A DNA stretch of 64,000 nucleotides from Bacillota bacterium (GTDB taxonomy: Bacteria; Bacillota_I; Bacilli_A; RFN20; CAG-826). Every line of letters starts with the position of its first letter. Positions within the stretch are counted from its first letter, which is position 1. Location of the stretch: contig JAEWMX010000006.1 in assembly GCA_023393065.1 (NCBI GenBank), positions 54,378 through 118,377 on the forward strand. Reading direction: 5' to 3'. Below, piece after piece: positions 57,030 through 64,000 of the stretch. The notes below the pieces were generated by a model. That model ran no database searches. It saw only the letters and a program-made list of their open reading frames with translations, and was not told the DNA's origin. The position numbers were made by a program, and so were the translations under genes.

Positions 57030-57400
57030 TGGTTTTTGTCTTTAATCAGGGCTTCGATTTTTTTAAAGGTTTCTTCTGACAATACATGCTCGATCAAGCA
57101 GCAGTCGCGATCGGCATTTTTTTCTGAGACGCCAAGACTAAGCAAATATTTCTTTAAAGTCGTGTGGCGGTGGTAGACCCTTTTGGCGATCCTTTTCCCT
57201 GCCGGAGTGAATTCGATTTCTGAATAGGGCGTCTTGTTGATGAAACCTAAACGCAGGAGTTCGTGTGTGGCTTTGTTGACGGCGGGACGAGAGACATTGA
57301 GCAAGCGTGAAACACGAGCAGATTCCAAGGGTTCTTTATTTTTATAAAGAATATAGAATGCCTCCAAGTAATCTTCGATTGCTTTGCTCGTTTTTTTCAT
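57026..57400 (-). CDS. DtxR/MntR family metal-dependent transcriptional regulator
   Basis: 124 aa. N-terminal HTH (ARVSRLLNVSRPAVNKATHELLRLGF) and metal-binding dimerisation region. Divergent from feoAB. Confidence 0.8.
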   Translation of the reverse strand: MKKTSKAIEDYLEAFYILYKNKEPLESARVSRLLNVSRPAVNKATHELLRLGFINKTPYSEIEFTPAGKRIAKRVYHRHTTLKKYLLSLGVSEKNADRDCCLIEHVLSEETFKKIEALIKDKNH

Positions 57401-57484
57401 ATGAGAATTCCTATGTAAACGCTACCATTATAGCACTAGTAAAAAGCGAATACAAAAAAAGTTAACCAAGGTTTACAATTCAGG

Positions 57485-57513
57485 TTGACTTAGCCATTTT
57501 GGCAACTTAATAT
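57485..57513 (+). promoter_or_regulatory. sigma-A-like promoter TTGACT-17-TAATAT upstream of feoA
   Basis: Read from the sequence. Confidence 0.45.
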
Positions 57514-57546
57514 ATATGCAGCCATTAATCATGGTCGAGAAATCCA

Positions 57547-57837
57547 ATGCAAGCACAAAATAGACATCGTCACGGACAGAGAATGCGCCTCCAAGTTGGT
57601 CAGGAAGGTCATTTAAGCGACCTTGAGCGAGGCCAAAAAGCGATTGTTCTCGACTTTCATAACGACAACGCCGTCTTGCGTCGGCGTTTGCTTGATATGG
57701 GAATTACCAAAGGCGTTGAAATCGAAATCAAAAAGATTGCTCCTCTTGGTGATCCTGTCGACATTCGCCTCCGTGGCTACGAGTTGTGCATACGCCGTAA
57801 GGACATGCGCTCAATCGATATAAAGGTAGTGGAATAG
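57547..57837 (+). CDS. feoA: FeoA family protein (with N-terminal His/Arg/Gln-rich extension)
   Basis: SH3-like FeoA core (LSDLERGQKAIVLDF...). The start may be the later ATG at 57583. Confidence 0.75.
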   Translation: MQAQNRHRHGQRMRLQVGQEGHLSDLERGQKAIVLDFHNDNAVLRRRLLDMGITKGVEIEIKKIAPLGDPVDIRLRGYELCIRRKDMRSIDIKVVE

Positions 57838-57839
57838 CA

Positions 57840-59870
57840 ATGAAAGTAGCATTGGTAGGAAACCAAAACTCAGGTAAGACTACCCTGTTTAATACATTGA
57901 CGGGATCTAATCAAAAAGTTGGCAACTGGCCGGGTGTCACGATTGAGCGAAAAGAAGGCACGATAATCGATACTAATATCGAAATTATCGATTTACCTGG
58001 CGTTTATTCTCTCTCGCCTTATTCGTCGGAAGAGGAAATATCTCGCCAATTTGTCATGGAAGAAAAGCCCGATCTCATCATCAACATCATCGATGCCACC
58101 AGCCTTGAAAGAAGCCTCTATCTAACCACTCAACTCTTAGAACTCGATATTGATGTCGTCATCGCATTAAATATGGCCGATGTTTTAGAAAAAAGCGGCA
58201 TAACCGTCGATGTCGAGAAACTGTCAAAGCGCCTAAACACGACCATTGTCTCAATCTCGGCGAAAAAGAATCTCGGAATTAAACAATTGATTTCCGTCGT
58301 CAAGTCCGGAGAATATAAAAAGAATCACCAAGATTATATCTATGATGAAGAAATTGAAAATGTAATCTCAAATATAGCGAGGTTAATCAGTGTCGGTCAT
58401 AAACGATTTGCGGCCGTCAAGATCATTGAACGAGACCGCGATTATCGCCCTCTTTTAACTGACGAAATAAATGCGCAAATCGAGATATTGGAATATAACT
58501 ACAATATGGATAGCGAACAGCTGATTGCCGATCAGCGCTATCGGCACATCGTCCGCATTAAAAAGGAATGTTCGACTCAAGAAGAAAAAGGCGATACGAT
58601 CACTGATAAATTAGATCGCATCTTTTTGCACAAAATTTTTGGTCTCCCAATCTTCGCTTTAATCATGGGCATTGTCTATTTTCTTTCGGTTGGCCTTATC
58701 GGAGGCTTGACCGTCGACTTTGTCGGAGCCTTATTTGATGGTTCAGAAACAATAAATGTTTTGGGGCGCGAGATGACGTTTGTCATAGCCGGTCTTGGTC
58801 CGACGCTGAGTGGTTGGTTGACGAGCATTGGTGCAAGTCCGTGGTCCGTTTCGCTCGTCGTCGACGGAATTATCGCCGGGTTTGGAGCGGTGAGCAGCTT
58901 TCTCCCACAACTCATCATTTTATTTCTGTGTCTCGCCCTGCTTGAAACGACAGGCTACATGTCGCGCATCTCTTTCTTTCTCGATCGCATCTTTAAGCGC
59001 TTCGGATTAAGTGGAAAATCACTCATCCCCTTTATCGTCGGAAGCGGGTGTAGCGTTCCGGGTATCATGGCTTCTCGAACCGTAGAAAGCGAAGAAGAGC
59101 GGAAGATGACGGTCATGCTCACACCATTTGTGCCTTGCTCAGCAAAACTTCCCATCATCGCTCTTTTCGCCGGATATTTCTTTTCCTCTCTTGCTTGGCT
59201 CGTGACTCTGACCCTCTATTTTATGGCGATTGCCGTCATTCTCCTTTCAGCGCTTATCTTAAAAAAATTCATCTATAAAGGGGCCACTTCTTCATATTTG
59301 TCGGAACTGCCAAATTACCACGCGCCGAGCGCCTTATATGTTTTTCGCGATGTCTTTGATAAAACTTGGTCGTTTATTAAAAGGGCCGGAACGGTTATTG
59401 TGCTCTGCTCGGTGGCTGTCTGGTTTTTAGCCTCTTTCACCTGGTCGTTCAATTACATCGATGGTGTCAATTATCATATCGAAAATAGCATTTTAGCTGG
59501 AATCGGTAATGCTTTTGCTTGGATTTTCTATCCGATGCTCGGCGGAACTTGGTCGTGGGGCGCTACCGTATCGGCCATTCAAGGACTGATTGCCAAGGAA
59601 CAAGTTGTCAGCTCGCTTGAGGTTATTGCCGGTCTCGAAGGTGGAGGCTCAACGGTTTTTGAAAGCGGCATCTTCTCCTTCTTTAATAGCTGGAATGCCT
59701 ATGCTTATATGATTTTTAATTTATTCAGCGCACCTTGTTTCGCGGCAATCGGCGCGATGCGCAAAGAACTAGGATCGACCAAAGGCATGTTCAAAGCCGT
59801 CTTCTTTCAGACTGGCATCGCCTGGGTTCTCGCCACTTTCGTCGGTATGATCGGATGGCTTATCGTATGA
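57840..59870 (+). CDS. feoB: ferrous iron transporter B
   Basis: 676 aa. N-terminal G-domain (GNQNSGKTTLFN, DLPG) plus C-terminal multi-TM nucleoside-recognition-type domains. Confidence 0.9.
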   Translation: MKVALVGNQNSGKTTLFNTLTGSNQKVGNWPGVTIERKEGTIIDTNIEIIDLPGVYSLSPYSSEEEISRQFVMEEKPDLIINIIDATSLERSLYLTTQLLELDIDVVIALNMADVLEKSGITVDVEKLSKRLNTTIVSISAKKNLGIKQLISVVKSGEYKKNHQDYIYDEEIENVISNIARLISVGHKRFAAVKIIERDRDYRPLLTDEINAQIEILEYNYNMDSEQLIADQRYRHIVRIKKECSTQEEKGDTITDKLDRIFLHKIFGLPIFALIMGIVYFLSVGLIGGLTVDFVGALFDGSETINVLGREMTFVIAGLGPTLSGWLTSIGASPWSVSLVVDGIIAGFGAVSSFLPQLIILFLCLALLETTGYMSRISFFLDRIFKRFGLSGKSLIPFIVGSGCSVPGIMASRTVESEEERKMTVMLTPFVPCSAKLPIIALFAGYFFSSLAWLVTLTLYFMAIAVILLSALILKKFIYKGATSSYLSELPNYHAPSALYVFRDVFDKTWSFIKRAGTVIVLCSVAVWFLASFTWSFNYIDGVNYHIENSILAGIGNAFAWIFYPMLGGTWSWGATVSAIQGLIAKEQVVSSLEVIAGLEGGGSTVFESGIFSFFNSWNAYAYMIFNLFSAPCFAAIGAMRKELGSTKGMFKAVFFQTGIAWVLATFVGMIGWLIV

Positions 59871-60049
59871 CCTGGGTAGATGGTGTCATCCTTGGAATAG
59901 TTGTCATCCTGATAGGCTTGATAATCTATTTCGGCTTTGTCAGAAATCGCGAAAAGGGCGGATGTCGCAACTGCCCTGAGGCTAACGGTGTCAAGGCGAA
60001 TCGCTTGCTTAAAGATTACAAAAGAAAATTTGACAAGAAAAGAAAATAA
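59867..60049 (+). CDS. FeoB-associated Cys-rich small membrane protein
   Basis: ATG overlaps the feoB stop (ATGA). 60 aa. One TM helix, then CRNCPEA and a Lys-rich tail. Confidence 0.55.
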   Translation: MTWVDGVILGIVVILIGLIIYFGFVRNREKGGCRNCPEANGVKANRLLKDYKRKFDKKRK

Positions 60050-60058
60050 CGAGAACGG

Positions 60059-60082
60059 ATGGAGATATTCTCCATTTTTCTT
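60059..60082 (+). terminator. intrinsic terminator ATGGAGA-tat-TCTCCAT followed by TTTTTC
   Basis: Read directly from the sequence after the feo operon. Confidence 0.6.
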
Positions 60083-60115
60083 TATGGTCTCGATGTAATA
60101 CAATGATAGAGAAAT

Positions 60116-60979
60116 ATGAAAATTAACAGTGTTGCATTAGTCTTACAAGGTGGCGCCGTGCGCGGAGCTTTTACCGCCGGCGTCCTCGATGTTTTTATGG
60201 AAAACGACATCTATTTTCAATATGTTGTCGGCGTATCTGCGGGCGCTTTAATCTCGCTAAGTTATCTCTCAAAGCAAATCGGTCGTTCTCGCGCGGTCGT
60301 CGTCGACTATATGTCCGATAAAAAATTTGTCAATCCACGCTTTCTTCTGACCAAAAAATCACTTTTCGATTTTGATTATTTGTTTGGCGAGATGGCCACG
60401 AAAATTTTGCCTTTCGACCGCGAAACATATAACAATAGTTCGATTAGATTTATCGTCGGAACGACTTCTTGCTTGACCGGTCGCCCCCTCTACTATGAAA
60501 AGGGTATATCGTCAGACTTTTTTAAAGCGATTGCCGCTTCATCCTCACTCCCGTTCTTTAGCGCCCCGGTAATGGTGGGAGATGAACCATGTCTCGATGG
60601 GGGAATTGCCACACCAATCCCCTTTCAAAAGGCCCTTGATGACGGCTATCAAAAGATGATTGTCATTACCACTCGCGATAAAGAATATCGCAAAGATCTC
60701 AACAAGCCGCAGCACAAAAATGGTTTAAAAGCTCTCTATGGCAAATATCCAAACTTTATTCAAACGGCCCTCGACTATCCTCGCCGCTATAACGAAGACG
60801 CAGCAAAACTCGAAGACTTAGAAAATAGAGGGCTGGCCTTTATAATCAGGCCCAGAAACCCCATCACTCTCAAGCGAACGGAAAAAGACAAAGCAGAGTT
60901 GCAAAAAGTGTATGAACGCGGGCGAGCCGCCGCCACCGAACTCCTCCCGAAAATGATGGAATATATAAAAAATGAATAA
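60116..60979 (+). CDS. patatin-like phospholipase
   Basis: 287 aa. GGAVRG oxyanion motif and GVSAG nucleophile elbow. DGG catalytic Asp. Confidence 0.8.
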   Translation: MKINSVALVLQGGAVRGAFTAGVLDVFMENDIYFQYVVGVSAGALISLSYLSKQIGRSRAVVVDYMSDKKFVNPRFLLTKKSLFDFDYLFGEMATKILPFDRETYNNSSIRFIVGTTSCLTGRPLYYEKGISSDFFKAIAASSSLPFFSAPVMVGDEPCLDGGIATPIPFQKALDDGYQKMIVITTRDKEYRKDLNKPQHKNGLKALYGKYPNFIQTALDYPRRYNEDAAKLEDLENRGLAFIIRPRNPITLKRTEKDKAELQKVYERGRAAATELLPKMMEYIKNE

Positions 60980-61907
60980 AAACGATAAGAGCCGCCCGTT
61001 GACAAAGCGACATGAAGTCGACCCCAAAAACATCAAAGAGTTTGTAGTGAAAGAACCTTGTGAACTCTTATCTTTTCTTTTAGAAAAACTGCCGGCGCTT
61101 TCGCGAAATAATGTCAAGAGGCTGTTGGCTAATCATCAAGTTGCTGTCGACGGCGCCCCAATCAGCCAATTTAATTTTCTCTTAGCCAAAGAAGATATTG
61201 TCATCGTTTCTAACAATCGCATCGCCGCAAAAAAAAGAGAAAATCTCCCGATTATTTTTGAAGATGAAGAGTTCATCGTCATCGATAAGCCATCAGGCCT
61301 TTTAAGCGTTGCTAGCGATAAGATCAAAGGTCGTACTGCTTATCGCATGCTCATGGATTACGTTCAGCAAAAAGATAAGCACAACCGCATCTATGTCGTT
61401 CATCGGCTCGACGAAGACACTTCGGGTGTGATGATGGTGGCCAAAAACAGTATGATTCGCGATGCTTTGCAAAAGAGTTGGTCTAACATCGTTACCTCGC
61501 GCGGTTACTACGCGATAGTCGAAGGCGCTCTTGAAAAGAAAGAAGACACCCTCCATCACTATCTAGCCGAAAACAACCTGAATCTCATGTATGTGACACC
61601 GAATAAAAAAATGGGCAAGGAGTGTATTACTCGCTATAAAGTCATTTCCGAAAATAAAGACTATTCACTGCTTGATGTTCATATATCTTCCGGCCGCAAA
61701 AATCAAATTCGCGTTCAACTTGGCCACATCGGCCATCATGTTATCGGCGACGATAAATACGGTGAACCAGCCGACCCTTTAAAACGCTTAGGATTGCATG
61801 CCTATGAACTGGCGTTTATTCATCCGGTTAAGAAAAAGGAATTCAAATTCGTCTCGCAAATGCCTAGCGAATTCAAGGCTCTGTTTTTTGCAAAGAAAAT
61901 TAAATAA
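60972..61907 (+). CDS. RluA-family pseudouridine synthase with N-terminal S4-like domain
   Basis: 311 aa. Catalytic HRLDEDTSG motif. Confidence 0.85.
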   Translation: MNKNDKSRPLTKRHEVDPKNIKEFVVKEPCELLSFLLEKLPALSRNNVKRLLANHQVAVDGAPISQFNFLLAKEDIVIVSNNRIAAKKRENLPIIFEDEEFIVIDKPSGLLSVASDKIKGRTAYRMLMDYVQQKDKHNRIYVVHRLDEDTSGVMMVAKNSMIRDALQKSWSNIVTSRGYYAIVEGALEKKEDTLHHYLAENNLNLMYVTPNKKMGKECITRYKVISENKDYSLLDVHISSGRKNQIRVQLGHIGHHVIGDDKYGEPADPLKRLGLHAYELAFIHPVKKKEFKFVSQMPSEFKALFFAKKIK

Positions 61908-62007
61908 CGAACTTTTGCAGTGTTATTTTATGCTATTCTCGATATCGTTTGACCTTAAATAGTTATCAAGTTAAGATAAATACTTAAGGGAAGATAAATA
62001 TATATTT

Positions 62008-63555
62008 ATGTCTTTTAGTTGGCTCAACAAATTTAAATCGGCGCTGATTTCGACTATGCCCATGGTCGCGATTGTTTTGATCATCCATTTCTCGGGTTTG
62101 GCAACAATTGATGACACCAAAGATATTGTTATTTTCTCCGTTTCCGCCTTTTTAATTGCCATTGGAATGGGCCTTTTTACGATTGGGACTGATTTGGCAA
62201 TGTCGCCGATTGGCGAATATATCGGTGCATCCATCACGAGCCAAAGAAAAATAGGCTTGATGGTTTTTCTCTTCTTTTTGCTCGGCGCCTTCATCGTGAT
62301 CGCCGAACCTGATTTGCGCGTTCTCGTCGGGCAAGTTCCTCTCGGTCCTCAATGGCTTCCCTTTATAAGCAACGAATGGCTCGTAATAGTTATGATTGGT
62401 GTCGGCTTTGGGGCCTTGATGGTCATTGGAATTATCCGTATTCTCTTTCAAAAAAGCCTCGTTATCTGGCTCGCTATTTTCTATGGACTATTATTTGCTC
62501 TCGCCATTGGCATTAACTATGTTAACCCCTCTTTCATCCCTTTCGCCTTTGATAGCGGCGGAGCCTCGGCGGGCACAATTACCGTTCCCTTCATCTTGGC
62601 CCTCGGCATCGGTATTGCGACGACGCGTTCCGGCAAAAAAACTGATGAAGACTCATTTGGCCTAATTGCTATCACATCTATCGGCCCCGTCTTAATTGTG
62701 ATGATCATGTCATTTTTTGTTGATGATATTCCCTTTACCTACGTGCCTGAAGCAAATCAGTCTTTGGCTGCGATTCTCGGTACGAGCGCTTTAAACGTCG
62801 CCATCGCCATTTTGCCAATTACGGCCTTCTTCTTCATCTATCAAGCGATTGCGATTCGTCTGCCGATGAAGGTTCTAATTCGTATTATCTCGGGCTTAGT
62901 CTACACATATGTGGGCTTGGTTGTTTTCCTAACGGCTGTAAATATCGGCTTTTTACCAATCAGTCGTATCATCGGCAGTAAAATTGCCTCTGAAGGCTCA
63001 GGTCTAGTCATCGTCTTTGGTGCGATTATCGGCATGGCCGCCGTTCTTCTTGAGCCGGCCATTCACGTGTTGGTTTCACAAGTTGAAAACATTACGGAAG
63101 GCACAATCGGAAAGGGCGCGGTTTTGGCGGCAATTGCGATTGGCGCGGGAATCGCTATGTCTCTTGCGATGATGCGGCTTGTTCTCGGCATCACGATTTT
63201 GTGGTTTGTAATCGGGGGGTATGTTATCGCCCTCCTGCTAGCTTTTTTCGTCCCGAAGATTTATTCGGCGATGGCATTTGATGCTGGTCGCATCACGAGC
63301 GGACCAATGAATTCATCGTTTGTCTTGCCCTTTGCTATCGGAGCCGCCATCACCTTTTATCAAAGTGATGGACAAGATATAATGACATATGCCTTTGGCG
63401 TAAATGCTCTAGTGACGATGGTGCCGATCATCACAATTCAAGCTCTTGGCCTCTATGTGACCTATCAGGAGCAGCGACGCATCAAACTCGCAGGCGTTCG
63501 CTTTGTTGAAGAAAACGACGATCAAATTATATATTTGCTAGAGGATGAGCAATGA
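62008..63555 (+). CDS. DUF1538 family membrane protein (duplicated domain)
   Basis: 515 aa, ~12 TM helices. Internal repeat of a ~230-aa unit. Confidence 0.65.
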   Translation: MSFSWLNKFKSALISTMPMVAIVLIIHFSGLATIDDTKDIVIFSVSAFLIAIGMGLFTIGTDLAMSPIGEYIGASITSQRKIGLMVFLFFLLGAFIVIAEPDLRVLVGQVPLGPQWLPFISNEWLVIVMIGVGFGALMVIGIIRILFQKSLVIWLAIFYGLLFALAIGINYVNPSFIPFAFDSGGASAGTITVPFILALGIGIATTRSGKKTDEDSFGLIAITSIGPVLIVMIMSFFVDDIPFTYVPEANQSLAAILGTSALNVAIAILPITAFFFIYQAIAIRLPMKVLIRIISGLVYTYVGLVVFLTAVNIGFLPISRIIGSKIASEGSGLVIVFGAIIGMAAVLLEPAIHVLVSQVENITEGTIGKGAVLAAIAIGAGIAMSLAMMRLVLGITILWFVIGGYVIALLLAFFVPKIYSAMAFDAGRITSGPMNSSFVLPFAIGAAITFYQSDGQDIMTYAFGVNALVTMVPIITIQALGLYVTYQEQRRIKLAGVRFVEENDDQIIYLLEDEQ

Positions 63556-63962
63556 AAATGGCGAAAGTAGAAACAAGCGCTACCGCAGTAGAAAAGCAAA
63601 TGGCAGAAACAAAAGCCCCAAGTCAGCCCAATCCCGTCTCGCGGCTTAAGTTTTTTGTGACGATTGTCGATCACAATCACCACAAAGAAGTGCTTAAAAT
63701 TTTGAGAACCCACGAGAGCGGATTGGGATTTATTACTCATGGAAGAGGAACCGGCACCAAAGAAATTTATGATCTTTTAGGCTTGAGCGATGTGCGCAAA
63801 GATATAATCTTTGCTGTCATTAGATCCGATCAGATCGATAATGTCAAAAAAGAAGTCGCTTCTTATTTTAAAAAAGAAAGCCGAGGGATTGCCTTTGCCA
63901 TCGATATCTCCTCGGTAATCGGAACATCGATTTATAAATATTTATCAAATACGCGAGTCTAA
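63552..63962 (+). CDS. P-II-like (nitrogen regulatory protein fold) small protein partnered with DUF1538
   Basis: 136 aa. FFVTIVDHNHHKEVLKILRTHESGLGFITHGRGTGT resembles the P-II fold. Overlaps the stop of the DUF1538 gene. Confidence 0.55.
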   Translation: MKMAKVETSATAVEKQMAETKAPSQPNPVSRLKFFVTIVDHNHHKEVLKILRTHESGLGFITHGRGTGTKEIYDLLGLSDVRKDIIFAVIRSDQIDNVKKEVASYFKKESRGIAFAIDISSVIGTSIYKYLSNTRV

Positions 63963-63973
63963 GGAGAAATGTC

Positions 63974-64000
63974 ATGGAAAAACACGAACTAATCATCTGC
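63974..64000 (+). CDS. start of a downstream gene (partial, runs off the window)
   Basis: ATG 7 nt after AAGGAG. Only 9 codons visible (MEKHELIIC). Confidence 0.3.

Noticed and set aside
59735-59866. Longer version of the post-feoB small ORF starting at 59735.
   Set aside because: It overlaps feoB coding sequence in another frame. The ATG at 59867, coupled to the feoB stop, gives the typical ~60-aa Cys-rich FeoB-associated peptide.
1-64000. Scan for CRISPR arrays, tRNA/rRNA genes, transposases, integrases and phage genes.
   Set aside because: None found. The intergenic regions are short (mostly under 150 nt) and lack cloverleaf-compatible tRNA sequence or direct-repeat arrays. No ORF has transposase/integrase/recombinase motifs. 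Repeats observed are short palindromes only.

Overview
This 64-kb window looks like a chromosomal segment from a low-to-mid-GC Gram-positive anaerobe (Firmicutes-type RBSs such as AGGAGG and GGAGGTG, and lipoprotein lipoboxes). Coding is dense and mostly on the + strand. I found no rRNA, tRNA, CRISPR array, transposase, integrase or phage gene.

The main feature is a ~18-kb block at 8.1-26.6 kb. It encodes a carbamate kinase, a MocA-type molybdenum-cofactor cytidylyltransferase and two complete xanthine-dehydrogenase-family molybdenum hydroxylase triads (FAD, 2Fe-2S and Mo subunits) in opposite gene orders. It also encodes a hydantoinase-like amidohydrolase, an SsnA-type amidohydrolase, a PreA/dihydropyrimidine-dehydrogenase-like Fe-S flavoenzyme, a YgeY-type M20 peptidase and a YgeW-type knotted carbamoyltransferase. 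This is the gene neighbourhood associated in the literature with selenium-dependent molybdenum hydroxylases and anaerobic purine/urate catabolism (E. coli ygeW-ygeX-ygeY-hyuA-yqeA-ssnA-xdhD region). Here the diaminopropionate ammonia-lyase YgeX is replaced by two different fold-type II PLP enzymes. An uncharacterised membrane protein and a MobB-like P-loop NTPase are embedded in the block. Immediately upstream sit gdhA, a DUF1015 gene, serC and serA.

The rest of the window holds two ABC exporter modules with GNAT acetyltransferases. One of their permease genes is broken by a frameshift at a T7 run. Further downstream are a MarR-GT2-acyltransferase-DedA operon, tandem paralogous small P-loop kinases, and an HxxxD acyltransferase with a Zn-ribbon membrane partner. 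There is an unusual single-ORF fusion of arginine decarboxylase (SpeA-like) with agmatine deiminase, followed by aguB. The window ends with a DtxR-feoAB module, a patatin phospholipase, an RluA-family pseudouridine synthase and a DUF1538/P-II pair.

Several perfect palindromes and sigma-A-like promoters sit in intergenic regions. The non-orthologous parts of the purine/urate block and the SpeA-AguA fusion are the most interesting targets.
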